Below, piece by piece: positions 10,055 through 18,241 of a stretch of 30,700 nt of DNA; the stretch's first letter is position 1, and every line of letters begins with the position of its first letter. Source of the DNA: a virus (Duplodnaviria > Caudoviricetes); the IMG/VR virus record IMGVR_UViG_3300025276_003640, positions 1 through 30,700 of that record; one strand, 5' to 3'. Below the pieces are notes generated by a model. The model saw nothing but the letters and a program-made list of their open reading frames with translations, was not told the origin of the DNA and made no database searches. The position numbers and the translations under genes are program-made.

Positions 10055-10068
10055 CCTACTTAGGAATG

Positions 10069-10470
10069 TCAACTAGTTAACGGATTTTGATTTTGAAAGT
10101 AATTTGCAGTGTAAATAAATTTTGCACCTGTATATCCTGTTTTAGCTGTTATTAACAAATCTACATAAGATTGATTAACAGTGACTGACAAGTCTACAAG
10201 ATCATTACTTAAATTGCTTCTACCAACTACACTTAAATTAGCATAATCAACACCAACTGCAACAATACATTTTATAATTTCTTTGTTAGCATTATCATAA
10301 TCAATTGATATAGTAAACTCAGCTGTACTAAACTCTCCAGCATGCCATCTTTCTACTTGCGTGTTCGTGTATACTTGCTTCCAAGGGCCGTTGTGAGAAG
10401 ATGCGCCATTATTTCTTACTAGTAGCGTCTTTTTAATGCCTTCTCTAAAGTAATTTGTAATATTAAACAT
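10069..10470 (-). CDS. small hypothetical, probably structural, protein (133 aa)
   Basis: Clean ORF, AGGA SD, beta-rich sequence, late box upstream. Confidence 0.6.
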   Translation of the reverse strand: MFNITNYFREGIKKTLLVRNNGASSHNGPWKQVYTNTQVERWHAGEFSTAEFTISIDYDNANKEIIKCIVAVGVDYANLSVVGRSNLSNDLVDLSVTVNQSYVDLLITAKTGYTGAKFIYTANYFQNQNPLTS

Positions 10471-10488
10471 AATGATCCTTTGTCATTA

Positions 10489-10496
10489 TATTTATC
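10489..10496 (-). promoter_or_regulatory. T4-like late promoter box (GATAAATA)
   Basis: Overlaps the carbamoyltransferase stop; about 19 nt upstream of the ATG at 10470. Confidence 0.6.
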
Positions 10497-12315
10497 AGTT
10501 GTTCCATACTGTAATAAGTTTATTATGTTCAGGCAAATACAAATATTCTATTTCGCTAGTTGTTAAAGTACGTACAGCATCGTCGAGTGTTTCAACTAAT
10601 GGTTCACCGCCTAGATTAAAACTAGTATTAAAAATAATAGGAATACCTTTCTTTTCTTTAAAAGTTTTAATAATATCATAATAGTGCGGGTTTTGTTCTC
10701 TACTTACTGTTTGTATTCTACAAGTACCGTCAACATGAATAATTGCAGGGATTCTATCTTCAACACCTGGCAAGCAGTCAACAGCATACATCATTGTAGG
10801 TGAACTATCCATTCCTCGTAAGTCAAACCATTCATGAGCATCTTCTTCTAATATACTACCTGCAAATGGGCGAAAATATTCTCTATGTTTGATTTCATTT
10901 ACATAATCTTTACCATCTTTAAATGTTGGATCAAACATTAAGCTTCTATTACCTAATGCTCTAGGTCCATTTTCAGAACGCCCTTGAAAATTAGCAACAA
11001 TATTTTTACTAGTCATTAATTCAACTATGTCTTCATGTGTTGCATCTTTAATTTCAGCATCATATTTTTCTACAGTACTATAAATGTCTTGTTCTGAATA
11101 TTCATGCTTGGGTCCTAAAAATACATCATTAGCACGTTGATTAACTTTTGTATCTTTAGTAAGTTTATAATGTTGTATCATAGCTGCGCCCATCGCAGTT
11201 CCGGCATCATTTGAAATAGGCTCTACGTAAATTTCAATACCTTCATCTTTAAGTGCTTCGAGGTAATGATAGTTAGCAACACAGTTTAATCCGTAACCGC
11301 CGCTAATTACAACTTTTTTACATTTTGATTTAGCAACAGCGTGTCTAATAAGCTTTACTACTGCTTCTTGGGTTTCTTGCTGTACAGCATATGCTAAGTC
11401 TCTTCTATTTTTAAGGTACGTAACATTTTCTTGGTCAAATTCTAAGTCAGCATCTTTAAGTTCTTGATACAATGCATCATTAATTACAGCACCATTTGGA
11501 TATCTAGGAACAATTAGATTTCTATTTGTAGTTGGATACGGTAAGTCTACCTCATGGTCCATAATTGAAGGAATATTATTATTAGGGTTTCCATAAGGCG
11601 ATAACCCCATAGTTTTGCCTGCTTCGATAGCACTAAACCCACAATACTCTGTTACAGCTTCATACGCCTTTACAATTCCTGCGCGATCATGAACATATAC
11701 ATTATAAACAGTTCCTTTTGTTTCTTTCCATCCATTGCCGGCATCCCAATCCTCTATAACTCCTGCAGGAATAGCATTTCTAGCACCTAATGTTTTATGC
11801 AAAGTTTTAAAATTTGCCGGGTAGTTACATTTGTAAATACTTTCAGTTTCCCATATTGTCATATCTTCGTTACCGTGGCTCATCGGAAAAAATGTGCCGG
11901 CGCCATCAACGATAACAGCTACGGCTTCATCGAAGCCTGATCTATAAAAAGCCATTGCTGCATGCATTTTGTGATGAAACCATGCTACATCAATTACCTG
12001 ATCTTGCTTGCCGGGTGAAGGTAAATCTAATAAACCTATTTTCCTTGCTAATCCAGAATATACATCTTCTCCGGAATAATCTAACTTGCCAGCAGTCTCT
12101 AAATCAGTAGTATGAGCAATAACTAAGTAATCTAATTTGTCTGTATATTCTTTAATTTTAAGCATACTAGCTAGTGGTCCGCCATCATACTTTACCCGAG
12201 TTAATCGTTCTTCTTCAATACTAAATACGATTTCTCCGTCTTTAAGTAAACACACTCCTGCGTTGTGTCCTCTAGCAATTCCCGCAATCCAAACTGGTTT
12301 TTTCATATTAGTCAT
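10495..12315 (-). CDS. carbamoyltransferase, NodU/CmcH/TobZ family (true start may be the ATG at 12306)
   Basis: GHNAGVCL..EEERLTRVKY, HHKMHA, VDGAG, EAGKTMGLSPYG, SGGYGLNCVAN, NDAGTAMGAA, GRSENGPRALGNRS, KHREYFRPFA, HVDGTCRIQTV, NTSFNLGGEP. Confidence 0.95.
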   Translation of the reverse strand: MTNMKKPVWIAGIARGHNAGVCLLKDGEIVFSIEEERLTRVKYDGGPLASMLKIKEYTDKLDYLVIAHTTDLETAGKLDYSGEDVYSGLARKIGLLDLPSPGKQDQVIDVAWFHHKMHAAMAFYRSGFDEAVAVIVDGAGTFFPMSHGNEDMTIWETESIYKCNYPANFKTLHKTLGARNAIPAGVIEDWDAGNGWKETKGTVYNVYVHDRAGIVKAYEAVTEYCGFSAIEAGKTMGLSPYGNPNNNIPSIMDHEVDLPYPTTNRNLIVPRYPNGAVINDALYQELKDADLEFDQENVTYLKNRRDLAYAVQQETQEAVVKLIRHAVAKSKCKKVVISGGYGLNCVANYHYLEALKDEGIEIYVEPISNDAGTAMGAAMIQHYKLTKDTKVNQRANDVFLGPKHEYSEQDIYSTVEKYDAEIKDATHEDIVELMTSKNIVANFQGRSENGPRALGNRSLMFDPTFKDGKDYVNEIKHREYFRPFAGSILEEDAHEWFDLRGMDSSPTMMYAVDCLPGVEDRIPAIIHVDGTCRIQTVSREQNPHYYDIIKTFKEKKGIPIIFNTSFNLGGEPLVETLDDAVRTLTTSEIEYLYLPEHNKLITVWNN

Positions 12316-12318
12316 TTC

Positions 12319-13254
12319 CTAAGCTACGTTTTTTTTGATTTCTTCAATAATGTGTGTTTCAACTTGATCAGTCATTTGCATAACACCTTCATTAACCCTA
12401 TCAGAATATTCATCTACTGTAATTCTAATTGGACTATATACTCTAGAAATTTCTCCCATATCTAAAATATTAAAGAAGTCGCAATTAGGATAGCTTGTAT
12501 TAATTGGAAAAGTACTTCCTATAACCACTGTACTTGGTATGTCAAACGAATATGCCATATGTTGACCTACACTATCACACCCTAAAAAATGATCTGCTTT
12601 AGCAATAATAGAACACCATGTCCTTAAATCAATTCCTTTAGGAACTGCTACTGGCCTATCAACTCCGTGTTCTTTAAAATCAATTGCTAGTTCTCCCATA
12701 AAAAGAAGAGCGTAATCTTTGCTAAGACTGTTTACTATGTTAACTAAGTTTAATGGTTCTATACTTCTTCCACTATAATCAGTTAACATGCCAGATTCTT
12801 CTACTATGCCTCTACCAAATGGTTGAATAATTAATGCTTTATCAAGACCAGTTTTCTCTTTTACTTCTTTAATAACTTGGGAGCCTCGAACTAGCTCTCC
12901 TTTACTAAGTCTAATATTAGGCTTAGGTAATTCTCTAACGCCTTTATTATTAATAGCAATATCATATGCTTGAGCCAAGCTACACTGTTGGTTATAATAT
13001 TCCCAAACTCTGTAAGGCTCCGGGCTTAATATATCCATATCTTTTAATTTATCTTCAAATAAGTTCTTATGCCAATGATCATATGCCTTAGCATGTAATA
13101 CCGGATGTCCTTTAAAAAAGTCAGTGCCGCCTTCGCATATTACTAGAAAATCATTATCTGGATTTTCTTCATGAAATTTTTCTAGTGCAGGGATTGAACA
13201 TACAACACGCCCTGCGCCACCGTTAATAAAAATTGCTGAATTTCTTTTTGACAT
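12319..13254 (-). CDS. GT-B glycosyltransferase, GT9 (heptosyltransferase)-like
   Basis: N-terminal GGAGRVVCSIPAL resembles WaaC/WaaF GDxxxxxPAL; C-terminal IIAKADHFLGCDSVGQHMAYSFDIPSTVVIG resembles the GT9 D(S/T)GxxHxAxA...P motif. Confidence 0.7.
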   Translation of the reverse strand: MSKRNSAIFINGGAGRVVCSIPALEKFHEENPDNDFLVICEGGTDFFKGHPVLHAKAYDHWHKNLFEDKLKDMDILSPEPYRVWEYYNQQCSLAQAYDIAINNKGVRELPKPNIRLSKGELVRGSQVIKEVKEKTGLDKALIIQPFGRGIVEESGMLTDYSGRSIEPLNLVNIVNSLSKDYALLFMGELAIDFKEHGVDRPVAVPKGIDLRTWCSIIAKADHFLGCDSVGQHMAYSFDIPSTVVIGSTFPINTSYPNCDFFNILDMGEISRVYSPIRITVDEYSDRVNEGVMQMTDQVETHIIEEIKKNVA

Positions 13255-13309
13255 ATTTTTCTTAAATCCTATCGTTAATAAACAGAGCAGTTAATTGCTT
13301 CTATATGAA

Positions 13310-13317
13310 TATTTATA
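13310..13317 (-). promoter_or_regulatory. perfect T4 late promoter consensus TATAAATA upstream of the glycosyltransferase-carbamoyltransferase pair
   Basis: + strand tatttata at 13310-13317; intergenic, just downstream of a terminator hairpin. Confidence 0.7.
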
Positions 13318-13340
13318 ATTTAAAGGATTTCTAAATGGTC

Positions 13341-13371
13341 AAAGTGAAAGGCGCATAAAGCGCCTTTCACT
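13341..13371 (-). terminator. intrinsic terminator ending the Cys-rich/chaperone cassette
   Basis: Perfect 12-bp inverted repeat agtgaaaggcgc-ataaa-gcgcctttcact (13343-13371), 17 nt after the stop at 13389; U-rich tail UUUCACUUU on the minus strand. Confidence 0.8.
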
Positions 13372-13388
13372 GTTAGTGTAAATGTTAA

Positions 13389-14447
13389 TTAATCGTCTAG
13401 GTCGGATACATCAATATAATTAGGAAGTGATGTATCATAACTATTTTTCATAATATCATCTTCAGTAATGTTCTGATCTACTAAATGATCTGGGTTAGAA
13501 TCTGATGCAAGTGCTTGCGGTGTATCTCGTACATTCTTAGGCCTCATTGGATTGTTAGGCCAGTTAGTTTTCCAAGGCTTAACTTGTACTACTTTAGTTA
13601 GTGTAACCGTTGCTCCTGAGCCAGCACCATTAGTTACAAAGAAACATCCAGTATATACTGCTGCTGTTGGATGATATAATGCTCTTTTATTTTCAACACT
13701 AAATCCTGTAATAGCACCGCTACCGTTAACTGTTGTTACAGTTAATTTAACTTCATTGGCAACTACTGTGCCATTTTTGTACTTAGGATCTTGTACTAAT
13801 AATATATCGTCTTGTGCATAACCTGAGCCACCTGCTGGAATTGTTGCAGTCCATGCAACTCCAACTGTTTCAGTAATGTTTCTCAAAGCTTGTCTATAGT
13901 TTACTATTAGTGCTCTTCGACTATCTGGCATATCAGCAGTGTTATTTACATCTGACATTGATAATAGTAAATCTCGTTTACCAAGTCTGTCTTCCCACGT
14001 AATAAATGGTTGCTTCCATGGATATGGTTTTACTAGTTTTTTGTCAATCGGATCATATTGTATTTCTTTCCATTCATACGCATGATCAGGTGTTGGAAAT
14101 TTATTTCTATAATAAGGAAGCATATTGCCTGGAACTTCTTCAGCTATTGTAGGAATTGCAAAGTGATCAATACCTTGAAACACAGCAGCAATTTCTGGAT
14201 ATGTAGCTACGTCTAATTCAATTAAAAATTGCCCAGTTCCTGTTGGCATTGGAATATCTCCATTCCAAAGTTCTTCTCCAGTGCCGCCACTTTCCCATTG
14301 GCTAAGTTTATTAGTTATATTGTCTACCCAAATATAAACTTTATCAGGTCCAATATATCGTAGTTTGCCTTTTTTATTTTTAGAGTCAGTCTGTGCATAC
14401 TGTTCGTCTGGAACAGGGTATTCAAAATCTATTGTTATATCAGTCAT
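13389..14447 (-). CDS. tail fibre assembly chaperone-like protein with an inserted fibre-type beta domain (352 aa)
   Basis: WEDRLGKRDLLLSMSD...YRQALRNI...WPNNP (Tfa/tail assembly chaperone signature); paralog of 16070-16747 (YxVPxxxYxQ, YxGPD). Confidence 0.7.
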   Translation of the reverse strand: MTDITIDFEYPVPDEQYAQTDSKNKKGKLRYIGPDKVYIWVDNITNKLSQWESGGTGEELWNGDIPMPTGTGQFLIELDVATYPEIAAVFQGIDHFAIPTIAEEVPGNMLPYYRNKFPTPDHAYEWKEIQYDPIDKKLVKPYPWKQPFITWEDRLGKRDLLLSMSDVNNTADMPDSRRALIVNYRQALRNITETVGVAWTATIPAGGSGYAQDDILLVQDPKYKNGTVVANEVKLTVTTVNGSGAITGFSVENKRALYHPTAAVYTGCFFVTNGAGSGATVTLTKVVQVKPWKTNWPNNPMRPKNVRDTPQALASDSNPDHLVDQNITEDDIMKNSYDTSLPNYIDVSDLDD

Positions 14448-14456
14448 TTTTATTCC

Positions 14457-15263
14457 TTACCAGTAAACTACATAAATTAGGCCGCCAGCACCTGGAGAGC
14501 CGCATCTGCAACCTCCATCTGCGCCCCAGGCTGATATTCCGCCGCCGCCTGGATGATGTGCTGCGCTTTGGCAAGCTTGACCGGCGCAAGAACTATAGTT
14601 AGAACATATTCCGCCCCAACAATCTTGGCAACAAGTACTTGTTCCTTGTGGCCGTTGTCCTGGAACTCCGTAGCTACCTCCACTGTACTGCCAACCCATG
14701 TCTACACACCATTGTGTTGAATGGTAAACTGTTGATGTACCTTGTTGCTGTGCAAGTCTTTGAAAATTGTTGCCTGCGGTAGCATAAGTATATCCGCCGC
14801 AGCAATAACATGTAGAACAGCATGTGTAGCAGCTCTGTGCTAAGTTACATCTCGCTGTTCTGGCGCTTGCCTGTCCACCATTTTGACACGCACACCAAGT
14901 ACCGTTCAAGCAAATTGAACTAAAACATCCATGGCATCCATTATGGGCCCCATTATTGCCGCTTCCAGTTGTTCCTGCTGTACACATGCAGATCTGTTCG
15001 CCTGCTGCTACGTCAACTATAAACTTTTGGTATCCGCCTCCGTTGCCGCCTGCGCCCATCATACAACAACATGAGTGTGAGCCGCCTGCGCCGCCACTCC
15101 ACATTTCCATAACAGCCTTTGTTTTGCCTGCTGGTACTGTCCATACGTAAGCGCATCCTCCGTTTTGAGCCACCCAGTATTGGTTGTTTTCTATTGTGAA
15201 CTCCGACGGCGTAATAGTGCTGCCTGACGCATATCCGTAAATTAAATTCTTTAGCTGTGTCAT
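14457..15263 (-). CDS. Cys/Gly-rich adhesin-like protein C (268 aa, 27 Cys by manual count)
   Basis: WTVPAG..EMWSGGAGG..CCC..GGNGGGY...PGGGG...GAGGLIYVVY phage glycine-rich domain. Confidence 0.7.
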   Translation of the reverse strand: MTQLKNLIYGYASGSTITPSEFTIENNQYWVAQNGGCAYVWTVPAGKTKAVMEMWSGGAGGSHSCCCMMGAGGNGGGYQKFIVDVAAGEQICMCTAGTTGSGNNGAHNGCHGCFSSICLNGTWCACQNGGQASARTARCNLAQSCYTCCSTCYCCGGYTYATAGNNFQRLAQQQGTSTVYHSTQWCVDMGWQYSGGSYGVPGQRPQGTSTCCQDCWGGICSNYSSCAGQACQSAAHHPGGGGISAWGADGGCRCGSPGAGGLIYVVYW

Positions 15264-15264
15264 A

Positions 15265-16065
15265 TTATGATCCTACCCAATATTCAATTAGTATTAGTCC
15301 GCCGGCTCCTGGAGCGCCACAGCCGCCGCTGCTTGTATGACTATCTCCTGTACCGCCACCGCCACCTGGAAAGTGTGCGTGACCCATAGAACAGCAACCT
15401 GCGCAAATTCCGGAGCAGCCATCCTTGCTCTTCCTGTACTGACCTCCTGTGTAAGGAGAATGTGGAGCATAGTTATGAGCACTATTCCAGCAGTTAGGCG
15501 ATCCATGTCCGGCGCCGCCTACGCCTGTGATTCCAAAGCTTCCACACCAGCCACCGTTGAAGGCTTCTGCGCTTTGATCGTTACAAAACTGTTGAGCACT
15601 ACAACCTTGATAACTACAGTTTGAACCCCAATAGCATTTTGAACAACCTCTTGAACCTCGCTGAGCGCACACTACGTTTGCAGATTCTGATTCGCCGTAT
15701 ATATAACTTGGGCATCCTGTACAACCTGTTACACTCGCAGCACAACCTGTTGAGCCAGCTGCACACATTCTATATACACGACCGGCTAATGTCGTACCTG
15801 GTGTAGGATGACTAACAACTTTTCTCGTATAACTGCCAGCACCGCCAGGCCAACCACCGTGGCAGCAACATGTGCCAGCACCGCCGCCACCGCCGCCCCA
15901 CATTTCAACTGCAAACCACGTGACTCCTGCTGGAACTGTCCATGCACAACAGCATCCGCCGTTGTTGGGTGAATCCTTGGATGTGTGATATATAGTGAGT
16001 CTGTTGACAGCAATTGTGCCGCCGCTTCCGCCGCCGTATTGTAACATTGTTTTTAGTGCTGACAT
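15265..16065 (-). CDS. Cys/Gly-rich adhesin-like protein B (266 aa, 23 Cys)
   Basis: NGGCCCAWTVPAGVTWFAVEMWGGGGGGAGTCCC...FPGGGG...GAGGLILIEY. Confidence 0.7.
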   Translation of the reverse strand: MSALKTMLQYGGGSGGTIAVNRLTIYHTSKDSPNNGGCCCAWTVPAGVTWFAVEMWGGGGGGAGTCCCHGGWPGGAGSYTRKVVSHPTPGTTLAGRVYRMCAAGSTGCAASVTGCTGCPSYIYGESESANVVCAQRGSRGCSKCYWGSNCSYQGCSAQQFCNDQSAEAFNGGWCGSFGITGVGGAGHGSPNCWNSAHNYAPHSPYTGGQYRKSKDGCSGICAGCCSMGHAHFPGGGGGTGDSHTSSGGCGAPGAGGLILIEYWVGS

Positions 16066-16069
16066 TTTT

Positions 16070-16747
16070 TTACTCCGCTACTGTATCTGGTGCTAAGGGC
16101 CACGACACTTTATGTGGCGCAAATTCGTCGGAATCGCCTCTGTTATAAGTAGCAGGAATATTTCTTAGTGCTGTTCTATAAGCTATCCAAGGATTTTTAA
16201 TTGCTGCTGGCATATCGTCTGCAATTTTTCCATCACTTGCAAGTAGCATATTATTCCTAGTGGCTACTACTTCATCCCAAGTTGTAGGAACTGCATGATA
16301 TGCCGGTGTTTTCCATGATTCTGCATCAAGATCATATTCTAATTTTTCAGAACCAGCATATGCTTCGCCAAGTTCTAATTTTGCATTTTCGGACCAAGTT
16401 GTGCTATCTGGTAAACTTTCTGTTGTTTGTGATTGCCCAGCAATTGTTATTGTACTTCCTTCCGGTTTTAGGATAGCCATTATTAATGGATCGTCTGCTA
16501 CTGTAACTAATACTCTAGTGCATCCGTTTGGTACTGGTATACTATCACCGTCGTCTGCTGCTAGTTTAGCTCCTGAGTTTTTAGAAAACTTTCCTTTTGC
16601 TGCTCCGTCTGTGTCAGGAAATACCCAGCACCTGTCCGGACCAGTATACGAAGCTGTAACAGTTTTGTTGCTGCTTGCGCTCTGACTATAAAGGCTGTTT
16701 GGGACGTTATAAGTAATGTCCGCTGTAACTATTGTATTCTCTGCCAT
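16070..16747 (-). CDS. tail fibre assembly chaperone-like protein (225 aa)
   Basis: WDEVVATRNNMLLASD...WIAYRTALRNIP...WPLAP. Confidence 0.75.
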   Translation of the reverse strand: MAENTIVTADITYNVPNSLYSQSASSNKTVTASYTGPDRCWVFPDTDGAAKGKFSKNSGAKLAADDGDSIPVPNGCTRVLVTVADDPLIMAILKPEGSTITIAGQSQTTESLPDSTTWSENAKLELGEAYAGSEKLEYDLDAESWKTPAYHAVPTTWDEVVATRNNMLLASDGKIADDMPAAIKNPWIAYRTALRNIPATYNRGDSDEFAPHKVSWPLAPDTVAE

Positions 16748-16765
16748 TTTATCTTTCCTCTAAAA

Positions 16766-17554
16766 TTAATTATATCTTACAATTATTGTGCCGCCGGCAC
16801 CAAAGGTACCCCAGCAATGTCCGCCGCCGCAAGCAATTCCGCTAGTACCAGGTCCGCCAGGCCACATGCCCCAGCCTTGGCCTCCTGAGTGTACATCTCC
16901 ACCTTGTCTTTGCCAAGTAGTATCACAAAAGCTAAAACTTCTCCAGCTGTCCATATTCCAGCCGCCGCTACCTGTGGAAAAATGTTCTGTAAAGCAATGC
17001 TGTATTTTATGACTATTACCGCCGGTTCCCATTATATCAATATCGTTAACACTCGAATTCCGACTAGTATTATTATCGCCGTTTATTCTCCCCCAACAAC
17101 ATGTATATGAAGTAAATGGGCTTGAAAATCCTGGTTGACTTGAACCACAAAAGCCACCGCATGCACAACCAACAACTGTTGATCCAGTAACTGCTTCTAC
17201 ATAACTTGAACATCCATGGCAGCCTCCATTACTGATATTGTGAGCACATGCTGTTGAACCACCTGCACATATTTTAAATTGGCATCCTGCAACAACGTCT
17301 ACTTGTTTTATTGCATAGTTGCCTGATGTTGGTTCAACCGCAGTCCATGCACAACAACATGCATCATTACCCGATGCTCCGCCGCCGTATAATTCAAACG
17401 TTACTGATGTTACTCCAGCCGGAACAGTCCATAAGCAGCAACAACCTCCGTTTGAAACGGATGTTATACTAGTATGATACACTTGTAGGTATCCCGGAGG
17501 ATTACCTATGTTTGTTGGGCTTATAGACGAAAGTAATGTTGTTAATGTTGTCAT
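16766..17554 (-). CDS. Cys/Gly-rich adhesin-like protein A (262 aa, 20 Cys)
   Basis: NGGCCCLWTVPAGVTSVTFELYGGGASG..CCC...WPGGPG...GAGGTIIVRY. Confidence 0.7.
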   Translation of the reverse strand: MTTLTTLLSSISPTNIGNPPGYLQVYHTSITSVSNGGCCCLWTVPAGVTSVTFELYGGGASGNDACCCAWTAVEPTSGNYAIKQVDVVAGCQFKICAGGSTACAHNISNGGCHGCSSYVEAVTGSTVVGCACGGFCGSSQPGFSSPFTSYTCCWGRINGDNNTSRNSSVNDIDIMGTGGNSHKIQHCFTEHFSTGSGGWNMDSWRSFSFCDTTWQRQGGDVHSGGQGWGMWPGGPGTSGIACGGGHCWGTFGAGGTIIVRYN

Positions 17555-17567
17555 TTAAATACTTCCT

Positions 17568-17888
17568 TTATGATCCTGCAATGACCCAACCATACGTAGC
17601 ACCAGTAAATGTTAATATTGGCGATGCGTTGTTGATGTCAATGACTAAGTTATCTGCTACATTTTGAATTTCTTGGCCGTTACGTGCTACTGTGATGTTT
17701 GCTGATCCAGCATTTCCCGAAACGTCAATAATTTGTACAGTGTCTTCTACCACAGGATTGAGCGGTAGGGTAATAGTAATACTACCCGCTGTACAAATAA
17801 CACGTTCGTTAGCTTTAGCAGTTACACTTACACCAGTAACAACGTTAGTTGTTGAGTAATTCAATGTGCTTGTTAAATATCTTCCCAT
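17568..17888 (-). CDS. small tail-fibre connector-like protein (resembles the N-terminal repeat domain of T4 gp34-like proximal fibres)
   Basis: ITITLPLNPVVEDTVQIIDVSG...NITVARNGQEI...L...YGW motif. Confidence 0.6.
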   Translation of the reverse strand: MGRYLTSTLNYSTTNVVTGVSVTAKANERVICTAGSITITLPLNPVVEDTVQIIDVSGNAGSANITVARNGQEIQNVADNLVIDINNASPILTFTGATYGWVIAGS

Positions 17889-17906
17889 TTTATTTGTCCT
17901 TTAATA

Positions 17907-17914
17907 TATTTATG
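17907..17914 (-). promoter_or_regulatory. T4-like late promoter box (CATAAATA) heading the Cys-rich cassette
   Basis: Overlaps the TAA of the 105-aa gene; about 19 nt upstream of the ATG at 17888; AAGGA SD follows. Confidence 0.6.
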
Positions 17915-18227
17915 CCGCTGTCTCAATTCCAAATGCAACAACACTTACGTTTGCTCCACTTGACCTTGCTACAATTAATTTACCAGCGTCTGTAATAATA
18001 CCAGTACGTTCTAACACGTTCCTGGGTAGCAATTCAACATCATACTCTAAGTATTCGTCTAATCCCGGTGTGCTAGTATCACAAATAGCTAACCGCACAG
18101 TCACTGCCGAGTTGCCTCTATTTGTCATTGAAACACTAGCTACGGTATATGTACTAGCTGGCGTAGTGTAGATAGTAGTATCTGCACCTGCCGATAAATC
18201 AGCTGTTCCTATTCTTCCTGTGGCCAT
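17910..18227 (-). CDS. small virion beta-sandwich-type protein (105 aa)
   Basis: TTIYTTPA..VSMTNR..VTVRLAI..YLEYDVEL..LERTGI..VSVVAFGIE; GGAG SD; pattern similar to 28287-28616. Confidence 0.6.
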   Translation of the reverse strand: MATGRIGTADLSAGADTTIYTTPASTYTVASVSMTNRGNSAVTVRLAICDTSTPGLDEYLEYDVELLPRNVLERTGIITDAGKLIVARSSGANVSVVAFGIETAA

Positions 18228-18241
18228 TTGTTATTTCTCCA

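Noticed and set aside
10055-10064. ccta-ct-tagg inverted repeat
   Set aside because: 4-bp stem with a 2-nt loop and no U-tract; too weak to call a terminator.
12328-12336. A AAA AAC slippery heptamer near the GT 3' end
   Set aside because: A -1 shift reaches TAA within about 7 codons and gives no fusion; likely an ordinary Lys-Lys-Asn run.
14457-17554. Higher GC of the Cys-rich genes as a sign of horizontal transfer or a DGR target
   Set aside because: Explained by Gly/Cys/Ala codons; no reverse transcriptase or adenine-specific TR/VR repeat pair in the window.
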